Shown here: one piece after another, positions 41,252 through 49,449 of the stretch
Layout: each line of letters starts with the position of its first letter
Numbering within the stretch: the first letter of the stretch is position 1
Assembly: GCF_947498015.1 (NCBI RefSeq)
Contig: NZ_CANMIR010000005.1
Location: 97,551 to 161,550 of the forward strand
DNA length: 64,000 bases
Reading direction: 5' to 3'
Source of the DNA: an uncultured Neptuniibacter sp.
GTDB taxonomy: Bacteria > Pseudomonadota > Gammaproteobacteria > Pseudomonadales > Balneatricaceae
The notes under the pieces: generated by a model
What the model was told of the DNA's origin: nothing
The model's database searches: none
The model's input: the letters and a program-made list of their open reading frames with translations, nothing else
Program-made: the position numbers and the translations under genes

Positions 41252-42479
41252 ATTCATAAACCACCCGATTTCGTCCTGATTCTTTGGCTTTGTAGAGCAT
41301 CTCGTCGGCACAGTTCATCAGCTTGGTGAGATTATCGGATTGCTTTTGAGCTAAACCGATGCTGACGGTTACAGGCAGCTCCTGCTGTTCAAATTCAAAT
41401 GTTGTATCGTGTACCAACTGACAGAAATGCTGCATCAAGAGGGCTGACTGCTCCAGATTCAATCCGGGCAGTAGTATGCAAAACTCCTCACCACCGATGC
41501 GGGCAAGCAGAAATCGCTGGAAGCTACGTTTCATCAAATCGGCAATCTGTATCAGCACCGCATCTCCAGCGTTATGACCGTAGGTGTCATTAATGCTTTT
41601 AAACAGATCCAGATCCATCATGGCTAAACAGGTTGATGCTGAGCTGCTCATGACGCCCGAAGCCTGATCAAACAGGTAGCGCCGGTTATGTAGCCCTGTT
41701 AAGTAGTCTCTGTTAGCCGCCTCTTTAATCTGTTCAACCAGCTCCATCTCCTGCAAGTTATGCATGACACGGCAGTGCAATTCTTCGTAGTTAAACGGTT
41801 TTTTCAGGAAGTCATTCGCGCCACTTTTGATAAATTTAGAGGAGAGTGCTGGATTATCAGCTGCTGATAAGCCGATGATCTTAAGATCTGAAGTTTCATA
41901 CTCCTTACGGATACACTGGATCAGCTCTATCCCATCCATCACCGGCATTTCATAGTCCGTCAGTAATAGTCGGATATCGGGTTCCTGTTGCAGCATCTCA
42001 ATCGCATTGCGGCCATGCTCGGCTTCGCATACTTGGTAAAGGTGGCGTTCAAGATGTTTGCGGATCAGTTGGCGGTAAGAGGAAGAGTCATCTGTTACTA
42101 ATATTTTAATATGCTGATTTTTTATTAGCCGCTGTATCAGTTGGATGGTGTATTCGTATGAGAATCGGCTCTCTTTCACTATGTAATCGACGACACCTAA
42201 TTTCAGCAGCGCTTCCCGGCGTTGATCATTATAGGAGGAGGTCAGCACGATCGTAGGAAGTGATTGCGCCAGCATAAGCTCAACAACTTCACCATCTGGG
42301 GCGTCAGGGAGGTTAAGATCAACCAGTGCTACGAAGATATCATCTTGATGATCAATGACACTCTGCGCATCTTTTAAGGTGGAACAGAAGATGGTTTCAA
42401 GTGGTATATCAGACGTTTGGAACAGCCGTTGCAGTACACGACTGACCATTTGACTATCTTCTACTACAAGTACTTTCAT
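41250..42479 (-). CDS. Dual-receiver response regulator diguanylate cyclase (REC-REC-GGDEF)
   Basis: Two receiver domains with phospho-Asp (VDLNLP, TDYEMP), DYLTGLHNRR and RIGGEEF; no RxxD inhibitory site. Alternative GTG start at 42491. Confidence 0.92.
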   Translation of the reverse strand: MKVLVVEDSQMVSRVLQRLFQTSDIPLETIFCSTLKDAQSVIDHQDDIFVALVDLNLPDAPDGEVVELMLAQSLPTIVLTSSYNDQRREALLKLGVVDYIVKESRFSYEYTIQLIQRLIKNQHIKILVTDDSSSYRQLIRKHLERHLYQVCEAEHGRNAIEMLQQEPDIRLLLTDYEMPVMDGIELIQCIRKEYETSDLKIIGLSAADNPALSSKFIKSGANDFLKKPFNYEELHCRVMHNLQEMELVEQIKEAANRDYLTGLHNRRYLFDQASGVMSSSASTCLAMMDLDLFKSINDTYGHNAGDAVLIQIADLMKRSFQRFLLARIGGEEFCILLPGLNLEQSALLMQHFCQLVHDTTFEFEQQELPVTVSIGLAQKQSDNLTKLMNCADEMLYKAKESGRNRVVYE

Positions 42480-42635
42480 CCGGTATCCCACAGCAAAATG
42501 TATCGGGTAAATTAGAGAGCAGTTTTATCACTTTAGACTAGACCCTAGTGTAAATAGTATTAAGCTTTGATCTAGTCCTGTTTTTTATGGGATCTGACTG
42601 GTTTAGTCTAGTTAAGAGAATCCAGAGGAAATGCT

Positions 42636-43742
42636 ATGAGCCATCATCCTTTGCAATATCTTCAACGCACAGATCTTTCAACCCTGTTTGACCTTCTTAT
42701 ACAGAAAGGTTTCTCCCTGTACGGCCCTCAGGTTGTTGAGGACGTGATCTCTTACGATCAAATAGATAGTGTGGCAGCTTTGCCACAAGGTATGACTGAT
42801 CAACAGTCACCAGGGCGCTATCGATTAAAATCCAACGGTGATCAGCGTCAGTTCAATTGGTCAAATGGCCCCCAGGCGATTAAACCACTCCTCAATCCTG
42901 CACGTGATGTGTTGTGGCAGGCCAAGCGCGACTCCAAGGGCCAGATCCACTTTGTTGTGCCTGAGGAGCAGATACAGAAAGTCGCTGTCATAGGGGCCAA
43001 AGCCTGTGATATTGCTGCGTTGAAGTTGCAGGATAAACATTTTCTCAAGGGGGAATATCCCGATCCTGGCTATCAGGCACGCCGTAACGGACTCTTTCTG
43101 GTCGCAGTCAACTGCACGACCGCTTCTGAAAACTGTTTTTGTGTGTCTACCGGCGATGGTCCAGAGGTAGAGGACGGTTTTGATCTGGTATTAACCGAAC
43201 TCGAAGAGGGGTTTTTAATCCGCCCCGGCTCCCCTTCCGGGGGTGATCTATTATCACTGCTGCCGACCAGGCCGGCTGATAAGGTCCAGTTGGCGCAAGC
43301 GTGTGAACAAGCGAGCCAGGTTGAGCGGCAACAGGTCAGAAGTATGAAAAAGATCCTCAAGGGTGAGCTTGAAGCGCAACGTGATCACCCGCAATGGGAT
43401 GATGTCGCTGAGCGTTGTCTGGCATGTGGTAATTGTACTCTGGTTTGCCCCACCTGCTTCTGTCATAGACAGAGAGATGATGTTTCGGTTGATGGCGTAA
43501 CCTCCAGTCATCTTCGGGAGTGGGACAGCTGTTTTGGTGAGTCACATGGGCAGTTGGCGGGGTTTCAGGTCAGAGACAGTGTCAAAAAGCGTTATCAGCA
43601 GTGGATGATTCATAAACTGGATAATTGGCAGGAGCAGTATGATCGCTCTGGTTGCACCGGGTGTGGACGCTGTATGACCTGGTGTCCTGCCAGTATCGAT
43701 TTTGTTGCGGAAGCCAATAAGATCGCGGGGGATGATGAATGA
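42636..43742 (+). CDS. Group 3b [NiFe]-hydrogenase (sulfhydrogenase) beta subunit, 4Fe-4S (AsrA-like)
   Basis: GAKACD, NC...CFC, RCLACGNCTLVCPTCFC, REWDSC and CTGCGRCMTWCP motifs. Confidence 0.9.
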   Translation: MSHHPLQYLQRTDLSTLFDLLIQKGFSLYGPQVVEDVISYDQIDSVAALPQGMTDQQSPGRYRLKSNGDQRQFNWSNGPQAIKPLLNPARDVLWQAKRDSKGQIHFVVPEEQIQKVAVIGAKACDIAALKLQDKHFLKGEYPDPGYQARRNGLFLVAVNCTTASENCFCVSTGDGPEVEDGFDLVLTELEEGFLIRPGSPSGGDLLSLLPTRPADKVQLAQACEQASQVERQQVRSMKKILKGELEAQRDHPQWDDVAERCLACGNCTLVCPTCFCHRQRDDVSVDGVTSSHLREWDSCFGESHGQLAGFQVRDSVKKRYQQWMIHKLDNWQEQYDRSGCTGCGRCMTWCPASIDFVAEANKIAGDDE

Positions 43743-44575
43743 TGGATCGTTATCAAAAACCGATGCGGGCTGTTGTGGACGAGTATGTTCGTGAGTCTGA
43801 AACCATCTTTACGCTGAGGTTGAGGTTGGCTGATGCTAAAGATCGGGCGGTCTATAAATTTATGCCTGGCCAGTTCAATATGCTCTATCTGTTTGGCGTT
43901 GGTGAGGTTCCCATCTCGATTGTTTCTGATCCCTTGGACCCCGAACTGATCGATCATACGATCCGTATTGTCGGTCGAGTGACGGAGGGGCTGGCAAGGC
44001 TTAAAGCCGGAGATGAGGTGGGGATAAGGGGGCCATTCGGGCATGGCTGGCCCATGAGTTTAGCCAGTGACAAGGATCTGCTCATTATTACCGGAGGATT
44101 GGGCTGTGCACCGGTTGTTGCGGCGATCAATTATGCACTGAAACGACGCGACCGATATGAAAAGTTGAGCCTGGTGCAGGGGGTTAAGCACAGTAATGAC
44201 CTGATCTGGCAGGCGCAATATGAACAGTGGAAACAACTGCCTGGCGTTGAAGTGTTTCTTGCGGCCGATCAATCAGGGCCGGCCTGGCCGTTTCATACCG
44301 GGCGGATCACCGAACTTCTGGATCAGGTTTCAATTAATCTGAAAGAATGCCTGGTCATGATTTGTGGGCCTGAGGGGATGATGCAGGTGGCTGCAGAAAC
44401 GATGATCGCTAAAGGGGTTTCGCCGTTCAGTATATATCTGAGTTTGGAGCGTAATATGCAATGTGCTGTCGGGCATTGCGGCCACTGCCAGATGGGGCCG
44501 AATTTTATCTGTAAAGATGGCCCGGTGTTCGTCTACCCAGAGGTTCGAGATATATTGCAGTTGGAGGGGGTGTAG
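43739..44575 (+). CDS. Group 3b hydrogenase gamma subunit, FAD/NAD(P)-binding with a 2Fe-2S cluster
   Basis: PGQFNML, GEVPISI, RGPFGHG, GGLGCAP, CGPEGM and ERNMQCAVGHCGHC...CKDGPV motifs. Confidence 0.92.
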   Translation: MMDRYQKPMRAVVDEYVRESETIFTLRLRLADAKDRAVYKFMPGQFNMLYLFGVGEVPISIVSDPLDPELIDHTIRIVGRVTEGLARLKAGDEVGIRGPFGHGWPMSLASDKDLLIITGGLGCAPVVAAINYALKRRDRYEKLSLVQGVKHSNDLIWQAQYEQWKQLPGVEVFLAADQSGPAWPFHTGRITELLDQVSINLKECLVMICGPEGMMQVAAETMIAKGVSPFSIYLSLERNMQCAVGHCGHCQMGPNFICKDGPVFVYPEVRDILQLEGV

Positions 44576-44576
44576 G

Positions 44577-45362
44577 GTGGAGAAGCCAACACTGGCTGTG
44601 CATAAGTTTAGCTCCTGCGACGGTTGTCAGCTGGCGCTCCTGAATAAGGGTGAGGCGCTGGTGGCGCTGAGTCAGCGTGTACAGATTAAACACTTCGCTG
44701 AGGCTGGAGTGGTTGATCAAGATGCGCTGGTCGATATCTCATTGGTAGAGGGGAGCGTTGTAACTGCTGCGGATCAAGTCAGGATTCAAAAGGTCAGGAA
44801 GAGTAGCAAACTTCTGGTGACGATGGGCGCCTGTGCTACGTCGGGTGGAATACAGGCGCTGAAAAACCTGTCAGGTGAGGCTTCAGACTGGACCGCCCAG
44901 ATCTATCCACATCCGGAATTTATCGATACGCTGGCACAATCCTCTGCGATCAAAGCCTATGTGCCAGTGGATTTTGAACTCTGGGGTTGCCCAATCAGTA
45001 GTGGTCAGGTTGTAGCTGCCCTAAACCAACTGCTCTTTGGCGTGTCACCTTTTGATGAAAATGAAAAGCTATGTGTTGAGTGCAAACGCCAGGGTAATGT
45101 CTGCACAGTGATCACACAGCAGGAGGCCTGTCTGGGGCCGATGACCCGAGCAGGGTGTGGTGCTTTATGTCCTGCGTTTGGGCGTGGTTGCTATGGCTGT
45201 TATGGCCCTGCCAAAACGCTTAATGAATCAGCTATTCGGCGCTGCTTTAGTGGGCTGGGTTTAATGGAGCCTGAGACTGAACGGGCTCTTCATCTGATTC
45301 ACCCTGATTCGGCACAGCAGGGTATTCGACCAAGCTTGCGGAAGGGAGACGCTGATGAGTGA
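44577..45362 (+). CDS. Group 3b hydrogenase delta (small) subunit
   Basis: SSCDGCQ, VEGS, GACATSGG, WGCP, CVEC, CLGP and CYGC motifs; no Tat signal. GTG start at 44577 follows GGAGG. Confidence 0.92.
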   Translation: MEKPTLAVHKFSSCDGCQLALLNKGEALVALSQRVQIKHFAEAGVVDQDALVDISLVEGSVVTAADQVRIQKVRKSSKLLVTMGACATSGGIQALKNLSGEASDWTAQIYPHPEFIDTLAQSSAIKAYVPVDFELWGCPISSGQVVAALNQLLFGVSPFDENEKLCVECKRQGNVCTVITQQEACLGPMTRAGCGALCPAFGRGCYGCYGPAKTLNESAIRRCFSGLGLMEPETERALHLIHPDSAQQGIRPSLRKGDADE

Positions 45363-46644
45363 GCGTAAAATTCAGATCGATGTGCCCTCTCTGGCGCGTG
45401 TAGAAGGTGAAGGCGCACTGCACCTGAAAATTGAGCAGGGGAAGCTTAAGCATCTGCAATTCAAGATCTATGAACCTCCCCGCTTTTTTGAGAAGTTTCT
45501 TGAAGGGCGCCACTATTCGGAGGTGCCTGATATTGTCGCCCGGATCTGCGGAATCTGTCCGGTGGCTTATCAGGTCAGTGCTGTGAACGCACTGGAGTCA
45601 CTCTTTTCTGTTGAACTGACCCCCTGGATTAAACAGATGAGAAGGTTGTTGTACTGTGGTGAGTGGATCCAGAGCCACAGTTTGCATATCCATCTGCTGG
45701 CACTGCCTGACTACTTTGGCGAGGATACTGTATTAGGGCTGGCTACGCAGAAGCCGGAGGAGGTCAAACGGGGTTTTGCTATTCAGGAAGCGGGGAACCG
45801 GCTGATCAAGTTTCTGGGGGGGCGCTCTGTGCACCCGGTCGGATTACAGGTGGGCGGGTTTAGTAAAGCGCCGGATATGAGAGCGGCACGTGAGCTACTT
45901 ACTTTCTTGGAGAGTGCTCTTCCTGAGGCGGTCGCGATGGCTGAGTGGGTTGCTGGTATTGAGATCCCTGATGATCCGCAGTCTTTTAATTCGGTTGCTC
46001 TGTCAGCTGATGAACGCTACGCAATCGAAACCGGGCGTCTTAGAAGCAGCTCTGGGTTAGACCTGTCTGAAGATGAGTATGAAAAGCACTTTAAAGAACT
46101 GCAATCACCCCACAGTACAGCGCTCTGGAGTCTGTTGAATGGGGAGGACTATCTGGTGGGGCCTCTGGCTCGGATGAACCTTAATTACAGGGAACTACCC
46201 GCATCAATCCAGACCCTGCTGCAACGGTTGGGTCAGCCCTTCCCGAGTCAGAATATGTTTCACAGTATGCTGGCCCGAGCGATAGAGATCTGTCTGATGC
46301 TCGAAGAAGCGATCACCCTATTAAAGCAGTACCAGCCTGAACAGCCACGTGTTGATGTGCAGGTTAAAGCGGGTGTTGGCTTTGGTTGGAGTGAGGCGCC
46401 CCGGGGCTTGCTGTGGCATCGATATGAGGTGGATGCAGATGGCATGATCAAAGCTGCCAAAATTGTACCGCCGACTAGCCAGAATCAGGCGCGTATTGAG
46501 CAGGATCTTCTACGCTCGTTAACAAATTTCGGGCTGGATCGCTCTGATGAAGCGCTACGCCTCCACAGTGAGAAGGTGGTGCGTAATTATGATCCCTGTA
46601 TCTCTTGTGCCACCCATTTTATCCGTATGACGCTGGAACGCTGA
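45355..46644 (+). CDS. Group 3b [NiFe]-hydrogenase alpha (large, catalytic) subunit
   Basis: ARVEGEG, L1 motif RICGICPVAY, EAPRG, IVPPTSQN and L2 motif DPCISCATH followed by an 8-aa cleavable tail. Confidence 0.95.
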   Translation: MSERKIQIDVPSLARVEGEGALHLKIEQGKLKHLQFKIYEPPRFFEKFLEGRHYSEVPDIVARICGICPVAYQVSAVNALESLFSVELTPWIKQMRRLLYCGEWIQSHSLHIHLLALPDYFGEDTVLGLATQKPEEVKRGFAIQEAGNRLIKFLGGRSVHPVGLQVGGFSKAPDMRAARELLTFLESALPEAVAMAEWVAGIEIPDDPQSFNSVALSADERYAIETGRLRSSSGLDLSEDEYEKHFKELQSPHSTALWSLLNGEDYLVGPLARMNLNYRELPASIQTLLQRLGQPFPSQNMFHSMLARAIEICLMLEEAITLLKQYQPEQPRVDVQVKAGVGFGWSEAPRGLLWHRYEVDADGMIKAAKIVPPTSQNQARIEQDLLRSLTNFGLDRSDEALRLHSEKVVRNYDPCISCATHFIRMTLER

Positions 46645-47126
46645 TGATTGGGGTGTTGGGTTTGGGTTCACCCCATGGTGATGATCAGATCGGGTGGTGG
46701 ATCGTTGAGAGATTGAAAAGCTGCAACTTAGGGCCTAACGTAGGTGTGGAAAAGATCAGCGCACCGGGGGTGTCGCTGATGAGTCTCTTTCGGCACTATG
46801 AACAGGTCATTATTGTCGATGCCTGTGAGATGGGGTGTGAGCCGGGGACATATCGAATTATCGACGCAACGCACTTTTCCGATCTGATACTCTCTGATCG
46901 GTTTAGTACGCATTCATTAGGAGTAACGGAGAGTGTTCAGTTAGCTCAGACGCTGTCACTGCCGTTGCCCCGTATCAGCCTGTTTCTGGTGCAGATGGAG
47001 CAGACCGAGCTGATGGCGCCTTTGTCTGCTTCGATTGAACGGCGTGGAACCGAAATGGTTGAGTCCCTCTTGAGACAGCTGAAACAGTTCCACGGATGCA
47101 ATAAAACGGAAAATAATGGTGTATAA
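46644..47126 (+). CDS. Hydrogenase maturation protease (HyaD/HycI family)
   Basis: GLGSPHGDDQIG, IIVDA and STHSLG motifs; ATG overlaps the TGA of the large subunit. Confidence 0.9.
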   Translation: MIGVLGLGSPHGDDQIGWWIVERLKSCNLGPNVGVEKISAPGVSLMSLFRHYEQVIIVDACEMGCEPGTYRIIDATHFSDLILSDRFSTHSLGVTESVQLAQTLSLPLPRISLFLVQMEQTELMAPLSASIERRGTEMVESLLRQLKQFHGCNKTENNGV

Positions 47127-47430
47127 ACTAAGTTTCTTTGTGCCAGAAAGTGATCTTGAAACGGTTAAACAAGCACTGTTCGATGCCGGAGCTGGCCGAA
47201 TTGGTGATTATGATCGCTGCTGCTGGCAGGTACTGGGCGAGGGCCAGTTCAGACCACTGGAAGGGAGTGATCCCCATATTGGCTCCCATGGAAAAGTCGA
47301 AACAGTAGCGGAGTGGAAGGTCGAGTTGGTCTGCGCAGATCAACTGATCAATCAGGTTGTAAGTGCATTGCGCTTAGCCCACCCTTACGAAGAACCTGCG
47401 TTCGATGTCTGGAAGCTGGAGACATTCTGA
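47116..47430 (+). CDS. Stand-alone YqfO-type (NIF3-insertion, PII-like) small protein
   Basis: YKLSFFVP, AGAGRIGDYDRC, GQFRP, HIG and AHPYEEPAFD, the signature of the PII-like insert of NIF3/YqfO proteins. Confidence 0.85.
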   Translation: MVYKLSFFVPESDLETVKQALFDAGAGRIGDYDRCCWQVLGEGQFRPLEGSDPHIGSHGKVETVAEWKVELVCADQLINQVVSALRLAHPYEEPAFDVWKLETF

Positions 47431-47460
47431 TCTCTCATTGTCAGGAAAAGGAAGCATTAA

Positions 47461-48828
47461 GTGACACAGCTGTTGGTAAGATACTCCCGAATTCTTGAAA
47501 TCGTAGGCAACATTGTCAAAGTCCACGTTCCACTCACAGAGGAGGGCGCTTCTCCTGTTTGCTTTGGTGATCTGGCGCTGATTGAAAATGAGGAGAATCG
47601 TGGCCAGCCGACCGCGCTGGCACAGGTTATTCTGTTGGATCGGGACGCGGTCTCACTGCAGGTTTTTTCTGGCACGAAGGGACTGTCAACGCACTCGGTC
47701 GTTCGCTTTTTAGGGCGTTCGATGGAGGTGACCTTTTCGCCTAATATTCTGGGGCGTGCTTTTTCCGGAACCGGGCGAGCGATTGATCAGGGCCCGGCGC
47801 TGATCGAAGAACCCAAAATTGAGATTGATGGGCCAACGGTCAATCCCGCAAGACGAGTGCTGGCTTCCCATATGATCCGCACTGATGTACCGATGATCGA
47901 TGTGTTCAACTGTTTGGTTGAAAGTCAGAAAATTCCGGTCTTCTCGGTAGCCGGTGAACCTTATAACCAGCTATTGGCGCAGATCGGAACGCATGCTGAT
48001 GCTGATGTGGTGGTATTTGGCGGTATCGGCTTGGTGTTTGATGATTACTACTACTTCCGTCAGGCTTTTGAAGAGGCCGGAGTACTGGCACGCACTGTCA
48101 TGTTTGTGCATCAGGGCTCTGATCCAACGGTTGAAGGCTTGCTGGTGCCGGATATGGCGCTTGCGGTTGCTGAACGCTTTGCGGTCGAAGAGGGGAAGCG
48201 GGTATTGGTGTTATTAACCGATATGACCGCCTATGCTGATGCGCTTAAAGAGATCGGTATATCCATGGAACATGTACCCTCTAATCGGGGGTATATAGGA
48301 GATCTTTACTCCCAACTGGCACGCCGTTATGAGAAAGCCTGCGACTATAAAGGCGCAGGTTCAGTGACGATTCTATCAGTGACCACAATGCCTGGTGATG
48401 ATGTGACTCACCCGGTACCGGATAACACAGGCTATATAACGGAGGGGCAGTTCTATCTGCACGACGGTGTTATCGACCCGTTTGGTTCACTCTCCCGCTT
48501 AAAGCAGCATGTGATCGGTAAGGTTACTCGCGAGGATCACAGCCAGATCATGAATACTATGGTGCGGTTCTACGCGGAAGCGCAGGATGCTGCACAGAAA
48601 CAATCGATGTCGTTTGAACTGAGTGAATATGATGAGCGTCTGCTGACTTTCGGTGAAAAATTCAGGCAGCGTTTTATGAATATTCAAGTCACTATGCCAT
48701 TAGAGCAGGCGCTGGACCTGTGTTGGCAGACACTGGCTGAATGTTTTCAGCCGCATGAGCTACTCATGAAGCAGGGTTTGATTGATAAATATTTTCCACA
48801 AGAAAAACTCTCGAACATTAAGGGGTAG
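47461..48828 (+). CDS. V/A-type ATPase subunit B
   Basis: LVESQKIPVFS, VLLTDMTAYADAL, TTMPGDDVTHPVPDNTGYITEGQ and SLSRLK motifs. Confidence 0.95.
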   Translation: MTQLLVRYSRILEIVGNIVKVHVPLTEEGASPVCFGDLALIENEENRGQPTALAQVILLDRDAVSLQVFSGTKGLSTHSVVRFLGRSMEVTFSPNILGRAFSGTGRAIDQGPALIEEPKIEIDGPTVNPARRVLASHMIRTDVPMIDVFNCLVESQKIPVFSVAGEPYNQLLAQIGTHADADVVVFGGIGLVFDDYYYFRQAFEEAGVLARTVMFVHQGSDPTVEGLLVPDMALAVAERFAVEEGKRVLVLLTDMTAYADALKEIGISMEHVPSNRGYIGDLYSQLARRYEKACDYKGAGSVTILSVTTMPGDDVTHPVPDNTGYITEGQFYLHDGVIDPFGSLSRLKQHVIGKVTREDHSQIMNTMVRFYAEAQDAAQKQSMSFELSEYDERLLTFGEKFRQRFMNIQVTMPLEQALDLCWQTLAECFQPHELLMKQGLIDKYFPQEKLSNIKG

Positions 48829-48831
48829 TGT

Positions 48832-49449
48832 GTGGCAAAACTGGCGCTGAATAAAACGACGCTGAATCGCGAAGGCCGTAAGCTGAAAGCGTTTCGTCAG
48901 TTCGTGCCTGCGCTGGATCTGAAGCGAAAACAGCTGCTGGCTGCTCGTCAGGAGACTCGCTTGTTATTACGGCAGCAACAGGAGCTGTTACAGACACTTC
49001 AACAGCAGGTGAGCCAACAGCTGCCGATGCTGTCCGGATATGATTTGGATCCGAATGAGCTGCTCCAGGTGAGTAAGCTTGAAGTGCGTCATATTAACCT
49101 TGTCGGGCTGGAGCTACCTGAGCTTTCCGTATTAGAGCTGGAGATTTCCACGTATTCCAGACTGCTGTTACCTCACTGGGTTGATGCCGTGATTCTGTTG
49201 CTGGAGCAGGCATTCAGAGCAGAGGTGGAGATACAGATCTATCAGCAGAGGTATCACCTGCTCGAAGAGGGACTGCAGAAAACCACCCAGCGCCTGAATC
49301 TTTTTGATAAGGTTCTGATCCCCGAAGCTCAAGCTAATATCCGAAGAATCCGTATTGCGTTGTCTGATGCTGAGCGTGCCGGTGTTGTCAGAGCTAAGAT
49401 CGCCAAAAACAAACGCGCGCGGATCGCGCTCCAACGGGGTGGGTTATGA
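48832..49449 (+). CDS. V/A-type ATPase subunit D (central rotor)
   Basis: MAKLALNKT, LDLKRKQL and TTQRLNLFDKVLIP motifs. Confidence 0.93.
   Translation: MAKLALNKTTLNREGRKLKAFRQFVPALDLKRKQLLAARQETRLLLRQQQELLQTLQQQVSQQLPMLSGYDLDPNELLQVSKLEVRHINLVGLELPELSVLELEISTYSRLLLPHWVDAVILLLEQAFRAEVEIQIYQQRYHLLEEGLQKTTQRLNLFDKVLIPEAQANIRRIRIALSDAERAGVVRAKIAKNKRARIALQRGGL

Noticed and set aside
44463-44576. N-terminal extensions given by the ORF track (delta subunit from 44463; likewise the protease from 46605 and the ccsA-like gene from 62647)
   Set aside because: They overlap neighbouring genes or promoter regions; downstream starts match the family N-termini and fit SD or stop-start coupling better.
45355-46644. 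Selenocysteine-type [NiFeSe] hydrogenase
   Set aside because: The L2 motif is DPCISC with ordinary TGT codons and there is no in-frame TGA.
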